DNA of 64,000 bases. Origin: Heteronotia binoei (lineage: Eukaryota). Position numbers and translations under genes: made by a program. The notes beneath the pieces are model-generated. The model had not been told where the DNA came from and made no database searches. It saw nothing but the letters and a program-made list of their open reading frames with translations. This document shows positions 13,701-25,700 of this stretch, one piece after another. The first letter of the stretch is position 1. The number at the start of each line of letters is the position of its first letter. The stretch spans positions 310,001 to 374,000 of the forward strand of contig NC_083241.1 of assembly GCF_032191835.1 (NCBI RefSeq). The letters are read 5' to 3'.

Positions 13701-16700
13701 CCCGTCCCAGCTGGGAGGTGAGAGAGGAGCTAAACTGGCCAGAAGGTAAACCAGGCAACAAAACCTGAAGCTGTACCAAGGTTGTAAAGCAGCCTCCTTG
13801 GTTAAGTGCCTGCCACTTTTGAGCTCTTTTTCTGAAAAAGGTCAAGGTGAACTAAAGCCACTTGCCAGCTTAGAGGAAGAAGCCAGGGGGTCTGAGAGGA
13901 TGACCCTTCTCGCAGAGAAAGTGACTGCCTCTGAATCATTAGAAAGGGCAAACCACAGCCAGATTCCCTTCCTCTCACTCAGTCCTTGCTTGCCTTTCCT
14001 GCTCATGCCAGCATTGCCTTATTGAACATAAGAACCTAAGAGAAGCCATGTTGGATCAGGCCAATGGCCCATCCAGTCCAACACTATGTGTCACAGAAGA
14101 ACATAAGAGAAGCCCTGTGGGATCAGGCCAGTGGCCCATCCAGTCGAACACTCTGTGTCACAGAAGAACATAAGAGAAGCCCTGTTGGATCAGGCCAATG
14201 GCCCATCCAGTCCAACACTCTGTGTGACAGAAGAACATAAGAGAAGCCCTGTTGGATCAGGCCAGTGGCCCATCCAGTCCAACACTCTGTGTGACAGAAG
14301 AACATAAGAGAAGCCCTGTTGGATCAGGCCAATGGCCCATCCAGTCCAACACTCTGTGTGACAGAACATAAGAGAAGCCATGTTGGATCAGGCCAATGGC
14401 CCATCCAGTCCAAACGCTCTGTGCCACACAGTGGCCAATATGTGTGTGTGTACACACACACACACATATACATACATACACACTGTGGCTAATAGCCACT
14501 GGTGGACCTCTGCTCCATATTTTTATCCAATCCCCTCTTAAAGTTGGCTATGCTTGTAGCCGCCACCACCTCCTGTGGCAGTGAATTCCACATGTGAATC
14601 AGCTCTGCCTCTTTCTGATGCTATTATTAAGCAAGACTGTTTTTCCCATTTTCTCTATTTGGGGATATTCACGGAGGCTCTCCTTTTGGAAGGATTCCAT
14701 TTAAGACTTCCAGAGGAAACAAGAGAAGGCAGCTAAACAGTCTGCTTTAGGACAATGTAGTATTCATTTTATTTATTTAATTTATATCCCGCCCTCCCCA
14801 CCAAAGGCAGGCTCAGGGCGGTTCACAAGCCAAGGGACGGCACAAACACTTTACTGTGACCGATACAATAAACAATAAAACCATAAAAACAATTGCATGT
14901 GCTACTATCATAATTTCAGGCAGTGATTTAAATTCTGGTGGTTAGCTCTACTCAGAGGTCTGAGGATCACCACAGCACAGTGAAGTAGGCCATTGGTGGT
15001 GTTCTCATGGCCAGTCCCATTGCTGCAGATGTTACCATTCATGTGAATGCCTGGCGGAAGAGTGCCGTTTTGCAGGCCCTGCGGAACTGTCAGAGCTCTC
15101 GCAGGGCCCTCACCCCCTCCAGCTAGGAGCAGCAGGGTAACTCAGGAGTGCTTCGCTTTCAGCTAGAAAGACAGGAGGTACAAGGGTCAGCAATCCAACC
15201 ACCTCCCATTTTTCTGCATGGTTTGTTTTTATTGGCCATGTAACTTTTATATTTGGTTAAATATGTCTCTTTTTTTTTTTACTTCATTTAACTATGATTT
15301 TTCCTTGCTTTGCCTGAAACGGCAACATGGTCGAGTTCCCACTGTCTGCATATTAGGCATCTCATGCATCATCTTTAACAGAAGTGCTCCTTGCTGTTGT
15401 ATTTATTTATTGGTTCCTGCATTGTGCTGAACGAAGGGCTTCCTTTCCCTCCTGCCCCAGCTGCTGTGTCTGAGGGTGCTGCGCTCCAGCCAGAGCCCGC
15501 TGCTCCTCCGGAACCCGATTTCCCACCATGCTAGGCGGAGGGGGCCATACCTGGGGGATGACGATGTCCGCCAGAGCCTTGGAGAGCCTGAAGAGTTCCC
15601 CAGTGCCCTCCAGCTTGAGGGAGGTGTTGTGCTGCACGTCGTACTTGATACAGTCATAGATGTCTGGGATCTTGCTGATGTCGTAGCGCCTGTTCTTCAG
15701 GCGGAAATCCTGCTCCAGCTTCTTCCAGCGCTGCAGCATCAGCTCCAGTGTCTCACTGTGGTAAAGCTGGAGGTCTGAGGAAGCAATGGTGAGTATCCAG
15801 TCATGATGGCAGGAGAGGAAAGGAATTCTGATGAGGAAGAAGGCCCATAGTGTGCATGAACGCACATACAGAGCCCAGCTATTCTCCTCCCCACCTGCAA
15901 ACTTAGGGTCCTCCAAGTGTTTCTGGATCTGGCAGGTAAGGCTCTCGATCAGGGCAAAGACCTGGTCACAGACCTCCACAGGATTCTGGATGATTTCCAT
16001 GGACTTGATGAGCGAGGCACTGCCGGTTGGTGCCAGCTGAAAGCAGATGACGCATCGAAGGGTTAATCCACGCTGCTCCTCACAGGGCTGTGCTGAGCTG
16101 TCCTCAGCTCCCATCTGGGATTGTGGAGGATGAACCGGTTCCCTCCCGACTACAAGGGCAAGGCTTTCCTCCTTCCCCACCTTGTCCAGGAAAACTAATC
16201 CGTGACACACTCAGGTGCAAACCTGGGAACCTTTCCTAGCCACCTTCCTGGGTTTCATTCCATTCACTGGACTTCCTGTTTCTCTCCACTTGCTTGACTT
16301 GGCCCCAGTCCCCCAACTGGACTGCACTCCCTGCTTCTTGCAGAAGCCGCCTGCCTCAGGCTACCTTGGAAACCTTCCACAGGCTCAGAATCTGAAGTCT
16401 ACACTTGGCATCAGCTAGCCAAGGAACGCTGGGAACCATTTTCACTTTGGCTACCCTTTTACATTTGGATGACTTCGCTGCTTTCTAACTTTTTTTAGAA
16501 AATGTCTGTAATTTCCTTTAATAAAGCATCTGTTTTCTTTTTTTCTTTTAACATAAACCGGTGCTTGTGGACTAACTATAGCCTCACAGCTGGACTACTG
16601 ACACACACAGGGACTGGCCTGGAAGGCAACCCAGAAGCTGCAACTGGTTCCGATCAAGGCCGGCGCGTCCATTAGGCAAGAGTAGGCCCTTGCCTACAGG

Positions 16701-19700
16701 CACAGTCTGGGAAGAGGAGCGCCAAACTGGGCCCCCTCCAAGGAGCAAGGAAGGGAGAGCCACTTCTCTTCCCTGCTGATCCCTCTCTTCCCTTCCGATG
16801 CCCTCCCACGTATTTGAAATCATGCTGGAGAGAGGAAGTGGAAGAGGCTGGGGCATGCCTGCAACCAGGCTGTGAGGGAGGGAGCCCCAGCGGCTGCAGT
16901 GAGGCTGGCCAGGCGCCTGTCGGGGGGCAGGGAACCGGGGGCCCGCTTTGCCCACAGGGCGTGGTTGGCCACCTTGCCTGGGGTGGCGGGCACCCTAGCT
17001 GGTTCCTACTGCAGCAGCTGATTATTGCCCCACTCAAGCCTCAACACACTCCTGAGGCCACTCGGTTCTACACTGGTGCTGAAGTCCTACTGGCACAGCC
17101 AGGTTTATCTCCAGCTGAGCTGCCGTTTGGAGTCAGAGGTGGAAGTGGGTCTGGCAGGCATCATCCTCATCTCAATCCTCCTCTGCCCGTTCTGCCTCCA
17201 CTACATACACCTCACGCACCCCAGCGGCTCTATTCACCCTCCTACCCCACAGCTAATGTTCCCTCTAAGCTGTAGAGTCTTGTGAGCAGAAACTCTACTT
17301 TGTGAGCTACTAGCATTAAAGTGGTGAGCTGCTGCATAAATTTGTTTGCTCTGGGTCATTTCTCGTGAGCTAAGACAAAAATGCATGAGCCAGTAGCTAA
17401 AAAACTGTGAGCTAGCTCACACTAACTCAGCCTAGAGGGAACACTGCCCACAGCCTATACACAACCCTGACCTGTTCCTCCCCCCTCCAGGCCTGGCGAT
17501 GCCACCAGTTATCAGCACCCCCTCTAGCCTGCCTGGCGCATCTCCTAGAGAAGGACCCAGACACTGTGTTTGTTCATAGGAGACACAGGAAAAGGAAAGG
17601 TCCCCTCCCTGTGCACCAGTCCTTTCCGACTCTGGGGTGACTTTGTTGCTTTCACAACGTTTTCACGGCAGACTTTTTACGGGGTGGTTTGCCACTGCCT
17701 TCCCCAGTCTTTACACTTTCCCCCCAGGAAGCTGGGGACTCATTTTACCAACCTCAGAAGGATGGAAGGCTGACTCAACCTCGAGCCGGCTACCTGAACC
17801 AGCTTCTGCTGGAATCGAACTCAGGTCGTGAGCAGAGGGTTCCGACTGCAATACTGCAGCTTTCCCACTCTGCGCCACGGGGCTCTTATTACAGGAGACA
17901 CAACTGCACATCAATTAGGACACTTAAGCAGCACCTAGTAGCAGCAAAGACTGCGGCAACAGAAACAGCACAGAAGTTCAGAAGCCACTGGAGTCTCATG
18001 GCGACTGTGCTGCATTACAGGAAATCTAATTAAAACTCAAACTTTTCATATTTACTTATTATGTTTAGTGGATTTATATTCCGCCCTACCCCGTGAACAG
18101 GCTCAGGACAGATCACAACAAAATCAAAACTCTAGCACTGGACTACTTTGCACTAGCAAAAAAGCTACACTGGTTCAATTAAGCTGGAAAGGAAAAAATT
18201 CCTTCTAAAAATCAGAGTCTGTTTTCAGTATCAAGAGAGAGCGTGAAAACCTTTCTAGTTTACATTTCTATGACAATAAATGTTTTGGCCACACTTTGTT
18301 CTAAATATCGGACTCACTTTTAATACAAAAGTGCAGAAGTCTAAATGTAGCAGCAGCAGCAAACCATCATTTGTATTCCAGTGTTCTTTTGTAAAGCTGA
18401 ATTTCTTGACTAAGGATGGGCATGGACTGTGCACGGACAAAATTTTTCAACAGTCTGTGGATCCATCAGCCCATTCCGTGCACGCAGGAGAGCCAGTTTG
18501 GTGTGGTGGTTAAGTATGCGGACTCTCGTCTGGGAGAATCGGGTTTGATTCCCCACTCCTCCACTTGCAGCTGCTACAATGGCCGTGGGTCAGCCATAGC
18601 TCTAATAGAGAGCCAGTTTGGTGTGGTGGTTAAGTATGCGGACTCTTGTCTGGGAGAACCGGGTTTGATTCCCCACTCCTCCACTTGCAGCTGCTGGAAT
18701 GGCCGTGGGTCAGCCATAGCTCTCTCTGGGAGAACCGGGTTTGATTCCCCACTCCTCAACTTGCAGCTGCTGGAATGGCCTTGGGTTAGCCAGAGCTCTC
18801 TTATCTGGGAGAACCGGGTTTGATTCCCCACTCCTCCTCTTGCAGCTGCTGGAATGGCCTTGGGTCAGCCAGAGCTCTCTTATCTGGGAGAACCGGGTTT
18901 GATTCCCCACTCCTTCACTTGCAGCTGCTGGAATGGCCTTGGGTCAGCCAGAGCTCTCTTATCTGGGAGAACCGGGTTTGATTCCCCACTCCTCCACTGG
19001 CAGCTGCTGGAATGGCCTTGGGTCAGCCAGAGCTCTCTTATCTGGGAGAACCGGGTTTGATTCCCCACTCCTCCACTTGCAGCTGCTGGAATGGCCGTGG
19101 GTCAGCCATAGCTCTCTTATCTGGGAGAACCGGGTTTGATTCCCCACTCCTCCACTTGCAGCTGCTGGTGTGACCTTGGGTCAGCCATAGCTCTGGTAGA
19201 GACTGTCCTTGAAAAGGCAGCTGCTGTAAAAGCTCTCACAGCCCCAACTACCTCACAGGGTGCCTGTTGTGTGTGGGGGGGAGGTAAAGGAGACTGTGAT
19301 CACTCTGAGACTCAGAGATTCAGAGTATCTGGCAGGATATAAATCCAATAAATCCAATATCATTATCACGCACTGACCTGAGCCTCCATGGACCATCCCA
19401 GAAAGTCCATGGGCTTGTGCGGGGGCAAGTGTTACAAAAGCTGCGCAGCGTGCGAGTGAAGGCCATGTAGTGACTTTGCTCACTTTTCTGGTGGGTGAAC
19501 GTGCCACTCAGTCTTCACTCACACGCCATCCAGCTTCGCAGCATGTGCAGTGCAAGAGGGAAGGCCAAGCGGCAGTGGGTGAACTCGCCATTCGGTCTTC
19601 ATTTACACACCATCCAGCTTCGCAGCATGTGCAGCACAAGAGGGAAGGCCAAGCGGCAGTGGGTGAACTCGCCATTCGGTCTTCATTTACACACCATCCA

Positions 19701-22700
19701 GCTTCGCAGCATGTGCAGTGCAAGAGGGAAGGCCAAGCGGCAGTGGAAGTGGGTGAACTCGCCGCTTGGCCTTCAGTCATGCGTTGCCCGGCTTTGCAGA
19801 AGCCATATAAAGTTTAAATGGCTTTTGCAAAGAGACCGAGCGGCGACTTCACAGCATCCCAGCACAAACAGACTAATCCAGTCTGTGAAGCGTGACGGTT
19901 TGTGGTGGGACAAGTCACCGTTTATCTGGGCTATGCCCAGTCCTATTCTTGTCACGCATCCAAAGAAAGTCATTTCTGGGACGATATTGTTTTTAACCTT
20001 GGGGTGCCGCCCAGATGTTTCTCACAATTGCTACTTCTAGGCCACCCCAGGACCACTGGCAGCCCAGGCGATCGATAGGAGTGGTCTGACCTGCCCAGTG
20101 CTTGCAAAGTCTCACAGCCGGCTGGTGCACGATCATCAGGGGCCAAATGCCTCCCTTGGCCTCGGCCTCCGCAGCAGAATCACAGCAGCAGCGGGCCTGA
20201 CTGCGTCTAGCTGGATTTGCTGCCAGGGGCTTTTCTTCCTTCATCCGCACTCCTGTTGACTGCCCGCTCCCCTCAGCGGTCCCGCCTGCGGCCCCTCACT
20301 GAACCAAGCAGCAGCACAGCTCCAAGGCAGGGCAGAGGGTGTCCCCCAGAGCAGCTCACTGCCTAGAGCATTCCCATGTTGCAGGGGCTGACTACAGCAC
20401 TGACCAGAGGCACTCAGCAGCCAGGGGACACTGGGATCCATCGGCCTCTCGGGGCAGAACTACATACTCATTCCCACCAAGGTTTGCAATCCTCACCAAC
20501 AGACAAAGGCAGCTGTTGCACAAGGAGAGTGCCGCAGCAAGCAGGGTGTGGAGGCAGCCCAGGTAGCGGATAATGGCAACTGGACCAGAGAGATCTCTTT
20601 TCAGAGCAAGACTGTTTCTCAGATGGGCCTGTTCATAATACCAGGCGGAGTGTCTGACCTGCGTTGTGTGCAGGGACTGTTGGGGGAAAGCCCTGTGGTT
20701 GTCACGAGGACCAGGCATTCCTGAGCCACATCACCACAGAGGCCTGCGAGGAGGAGCCTGTTAAGCAGCGGGGGGGAGGGGATGTCATCCGCAGAAGGCC
20801 CAGCCTGTCCAAAGCAGCTGGAGGAGGAGAGGTCAGTCCAGCAGGCCACAGGGATTCATCCTGGTGTAAAGCAGCAGCAGCAGCACCTCCTTCCTCTCTT
20901 TCACAGCATGACACCCTGAACAACATTTTGTCTCCCCCAACCCCCTGGAAGAGCTGGACAGTGGCTCTTCCCAAGGAGGCCAAGCGCCAGGGCAGAGTGC
21001 CCATTACCTTCTCATAGTCCTCCTCACTGAACTTGGCATCCTTCTGCATGATCTCCCGGAGGCGGGCCTTCACCCTGTGCTGGCAGCTGCTGAGAGAGTC
21101 GCTGTCGCTGTCCAGGAGACCGTTCATGTTGGCGCTCTTCACCATTTGCACCAGAATGGGCGTCAGCTCTCCCTCCAGAGCAAGCAGGCCCTGCAGAGCA
21201 CGAAGCCAGGAGGAGGGAAGGCGTAGGAGCATCAGCCACATCAGTTATGGGCCAAGCAACACACACAAACGAAGCATGCTTCAAAGCAACCTCAGGCAGA
21301 AGTCTGCTGCATCCCCCCTCTGGGGGCACCAGCCACCCCAACAGCCCTGGAGGGAGTGGAGAGGGCCAAGCACCTTGGCAAAGGCTGCTGCCGTCATCTG
21401 GACTCTGCCCTCATCGGAGGCATAGATCTTGAGGTCATGGCGGTAGGTGCTGTGCAGCCGCAGCAGGCCACACCCAGGGAAGCCGGCATAGTCCCCTGGA
21501 TGGGGGGGGAGGGAGAAGAAGAAAGAAGAGCTCCAGTCCAGCCGGGGGGTGGAGGCGTGGGGATCCCCACCCACTCACTTCCACCACCCAGACAGATCAA
21601 CAGCAGGGATGCCTGAGGGGGAAGAGGCAGGAAAATGCACCAGAGAGCCCAGTTCCAGGCGCTTTTGTTTCACTGCATCACCTAAAAACCAGTGGCATGG
21701 TCCAAGTGGCCTACCGTTGAAAGAGAGTCTCCCAGTCCCCACACTCAGTAACTCAACAGAGCAATTCCATCCCCCAGTTATACTTGCAGGAAAGAAATGG
21801 GGTCACTCCCTAAATCCCGCTGCACCAGCAGTGCCCAAAGACAGTGAGAGCAGGGTGAATTTATGCCAGCACATCAAAATCCATGGCAATTAGACCAGGG
21901 CCAGCTCACCCACTAGGCAAACCTGGCGGTTGCCTAGGACACCGTGAGGGGGGCGCTGAATTGGGCTCCCTCCCTCCCAGTGCCCAGGACAACTGCCTAG
22001 TTTGCCCCTCTCTCCCACCGCTGCCACCCCTTCCTTCCTTCCTGTCCCCCCCTCCCCCGCTCGCCACAACAAGCCTGGCAGAGGCTTCGCTCCCCCCTTA
22101 CTTCTGGTTCTGGAAAGGAGAAGCACAAGAAGTAGAAGAACTGCAGATTTATACCCCACCCTTCTCCCTGAATCGGAGTCTCAGAGAGGCTCACAATCTC
22201 CTTTATCTTCCCCCCACCCCACAACAGACACCCTGTGAGGTGGGTGGGGCTGAGAGAGCTCTCTCAGAAGCTGCCCTTCCAAGGACAACTCCTGGGAGAG
22301 CTCTGGCTGACCCAAGGCCATTCCAGCAGCTGCAGGTGGAGGAGTGGGGAATCAAACCCTGTTCTCCCAGATAAGAGAACTCTGGCTGACCCAAGGCCAT
22401 TCCAGCAGCTGCAAGTGGAGGAGTGGGGAATCAAACCCGGTTCTCCCAGGTAAGAGAGCTCTGGCTGACCCAAGGCCATTCCAGCAGCTGCAAGTGGAGG
22501 AGTGGGGAATCAAACCCGGTTCTCCCAGATAAGAGAGCTCTGGCTGACCCAAGGCCATTCCAGCAGGTGCAAATGGAGGAGTGGGGAATCAAACCCGGTT
22601 CTCCCAGATAAGAGAGCTCTGGCTGACCCAAGGCCATTCCAGCAGGTGCAAGTGGAGGAGTGGGGAATCAAACCCGGTTCTCTCAGATAAGAGAGCTCTG

Positions 22701-25700
22701 GCTGACCCAAGGCCATTCCAGCAGGTGCAAGTGGAGGAGTGGGGGATCAAACCCGGTTCTCCCAGATAAGAGAGCTCTGGCTGACCCAAGGCCATTCCAG
22801 CAGGTGCAAGTGGAGGAGTGGGGGATCAAACCCGGTTCTCCCAGATAAGAGAGCTCTGGCTGACCCAAGGCCATTCCAGCAGGTGCAAGTGGAGGAGTGG
22901 GGAATCAAACCCGGTTCTCTCAGATAAGAGAGCTCTGGCTGACCCAAGGCCATTCCAGCAGGTGCAAATGGAGGAGTGGGGAATCAAACCCGGTTCTCTC
23001 AGATAAGAGAGCTCTGGCTGACCCAAGGCCATTCCAGCAGGTGCAAGTGGAGGAGTGGGGGATCAAACCCGGTTCTCCCAGATAAGAGAGCTCTGGCTGA
23101 CCCAAGGCCATTCCAGCAGCTGCAAGTGGAGGAGTGGGGGATCAAACCCGGTTCTCCCAGTTAAGAGACCTATGGCTGACCCGAGGCCATTCCAGCAGCT
23201 GCAAGTAGAGGACTGGGGAATCAAACCCAGTTCTCCCAGATAAGAGAGCTCTGGCTGACCCAAGACCATTCCAGCAGCTGCAAGTGGAGGAGTGGGGAAT
23301 CAAACCCAGTTCTCCCAGATAAGAGAGCTCTGGCTGACCCAAGGCCATTCCAGCAGCTGCAAGGGGAGGAGTGGGGAATCAAACCCGGTCCTCCCAGATA
23401 AGAGAGCTATGGCTGACCCAAGGCCATTCCAGCAGCTGCAGGTGGAGGAGTGGGGAATCAAACCCGGTTCTCCCAGATAAGAGAGCTCTGGCTGACCCAA
23501 GGCCATTCCAGCAGCTGCAGGTGGAGGAGTGGGGAATCAAACCCGGTTCTCCCAGATAAGAGTCCATGCACTTAACCACCATACTAAACTGCCTCTCTCC
23601 GCCAGCTTTCTCTTCACAAAATGCGGCCCTGCCGGCTACCTTGAAGCCTTGTCACACAGGCGGGGGGAGGCACACAGCCTCTGCTTCCCAAACACCCTTT
23701 GTCTGGATACCCAGAGTGCAGGGCTCATAGAGGCAGGTACTTGGGTCGGCTATAAGAATCCAAAGTCATGTCAGGATCAAGTGTCCAGGGGGCCAGGGCC
23801 AGGAATCCCCAGGTGTGTGCAGGTTGGGTAAGGGGGAAGACTTGTGAGTGGCCAGAAGCTCTTCTGTGCAGGCAGAGCAAGGCTCTAGAATCACTGGGGC
23901 CAGGCTCTACACCCAAAGCACCACAGAAACTGACAGATTAATTACCACATTGTTTCAGAGGACCACTTTGCCCACTCATCAGATGGAAAGTATGGTCATG
24001 CAGGACAGCTTTGAAGAAACCAGGCACAGTTGATGCATGACTGCAAAGGGACAGCCCCAGCCAGCTTCAGCCTCCGCTGGCAGAGAAAGCCTCACCAATG
24101 TTGCTGGTCCCTCCCTGCAGCTTCCTCCTGTGGGATGCCTCAGCACAGGGGAGGCCCAAAGGACTTCCTCATTCTGCAGAAGCTGCTGGGGTGGGGGGGG
24201 GGGCGAGGAAGAAAGGCTACTGCACAGAACCAATGCATTCCCATCTGGCTGCAGAGGCTGCCAGGGCCCCAGCCCAAGGGCTCACCTTGACCTCCAGGGT
24301 ACATGCAGCGAAAGGCCCGGCCCAGCTCTTCTGCTTGGACTCTCCCTGCGGGGGTGAGCTCACCCCCCCACTTCAGCACCAGGAGCAGAGATGGAGAGGC
24401 CGCCTTACGGGCATCTGAAGGGGAGGAGGAGGAAGAATTAAAGCTCCACTGAATAGCAAAGGCTGAGGGACTCATAGCACTCAATGCCCTAGCCTTCCCT
24501 ATCCACCAAGGGAGACTGGCAAACCGAGGTGGAAGGGCGACGGCCTTCTGCCCCTTTCTGGGGCTATGAAATGTGCTGAAGAAACCACTGGAGTTCTTCT
24601 TATGTTCCACGTGCAACATCTGGCTAGCAGGAATTTCACATTTATACAGCACTTTCCCCTATGCATTCATGCACACAGAGCTGAGTCCATCAGAGGCCTG
24701 CTGCTCGTGGGGCATGGCTTCCGCAGCTCTGCCCTCCTCCTGTGACAACATGAAACCCTCCCCGGCAGCCACTTGCCTTCGTCTTCACTGGACGCTTTGG
24801 GGTGCCCGTAAGGAAGGTAGGTCAGCTGCACTTTGCGGTTGATGCCAGAGAAGTGTCCATACCTACCGCGAGGAAAGAAAGGCAGGTGGCGCCCAAGGAC
24901 AGCCTCTCTCTGCGGGGCAGGCTGCAGCCAATCCCCAAAGCCAAGGCAGCCCGCACTGCTGCTCCAGGCCAAGGCCAGACCACTGAGGGAGGGAGGGGGC
25001 TGCCAAAGGAACCAAGCCACTCAATGCCCCTGGCTGGGCACTGTCTGGCCAGCAGTCAAGCAGGCAGTGGTCTGGGGTGCAAAGGCCCTGGAGCAAGCAA
25101 AGGTAGCTGCCCAGTCTGGAGAGGGGGGAGGCACGAGCAGCCGCCCTACCCAGCCCCCTTCCTTACATCTCCAGCACGGATTTGAGCTGCTCCAGTTTGG
25201 ACTTCTGCTCTTCAGCCTCAGAGTCCTCAGGAGCTTCCTGCTCCAGCACCAGCAGGCGGGTGATGTCCAGCACCTCCTGCCGGGGACCAAGACCAGCACG
25301 CAGTGGATGCACACGGCCAGGCACCTTGCTGCAGGCCTCTGCATCCCCCCACCCCAGTGCCCTCCGCTCCTCTGGCCAATGGAGCTGCCCGGAGGAGTCC
25401 TGAGGCCCAAGGCACTTCGGCCAGACAGCTCACCCCAGTGGCCCTCTGGAGCACACAGAGGGATGCAGGCAAGCTGGCAAACCCTTGAGCTCTCTTGTCA
25501 GCCAGACACCCGTGGTGCCCAATGAGCAAAGGCAGGCGCCTCCACCTCTCCTCACCTGCAGCTGTTCGGGCTTCTTCAGCTTCAGCTTCCCTGTCTTGTA
25601 GCCCTCGTATTTCTCAAACAATTCAAAGAACCTGATGGGGGCAGCAGCAGCAAGGTCAGTTGTGGGCTCCAGGCCTCCCCCCCCCCGCCAAGAGAATTCC

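Noticed and set aside
16203-16588. TG...CA-bounded segment with AATAAA (also 26.3-27.4 kb and 32.3-32.9 kb), possible solo LTRs
   Set aside because: No matching TSD or terminal repeat found by eye; left uncalled pending RepeatMasker.
19490-19775. 84-bp (28-codon) repeat as C2H2 zinc fingers
   Set aside because: No frame on either strand shows C-x2-C-x12-H-x3-H or TGEKP linkers; no splice signals linking it to a gene.
20392-20718. Protein-like minus-strand ORF (…[21 protein letters not shown]…)
   Set aside because: Not recognised as PPIP5K1 or any family; no convincing splice pair. A BLASTx could revisit it.
18574-23582. Families of 62-68-aa ORFs (MGNQTRFSQ..., [10 protein letters not shown]...)
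   Set aside because: Translations of the repeated SINE unit with alternative starts.
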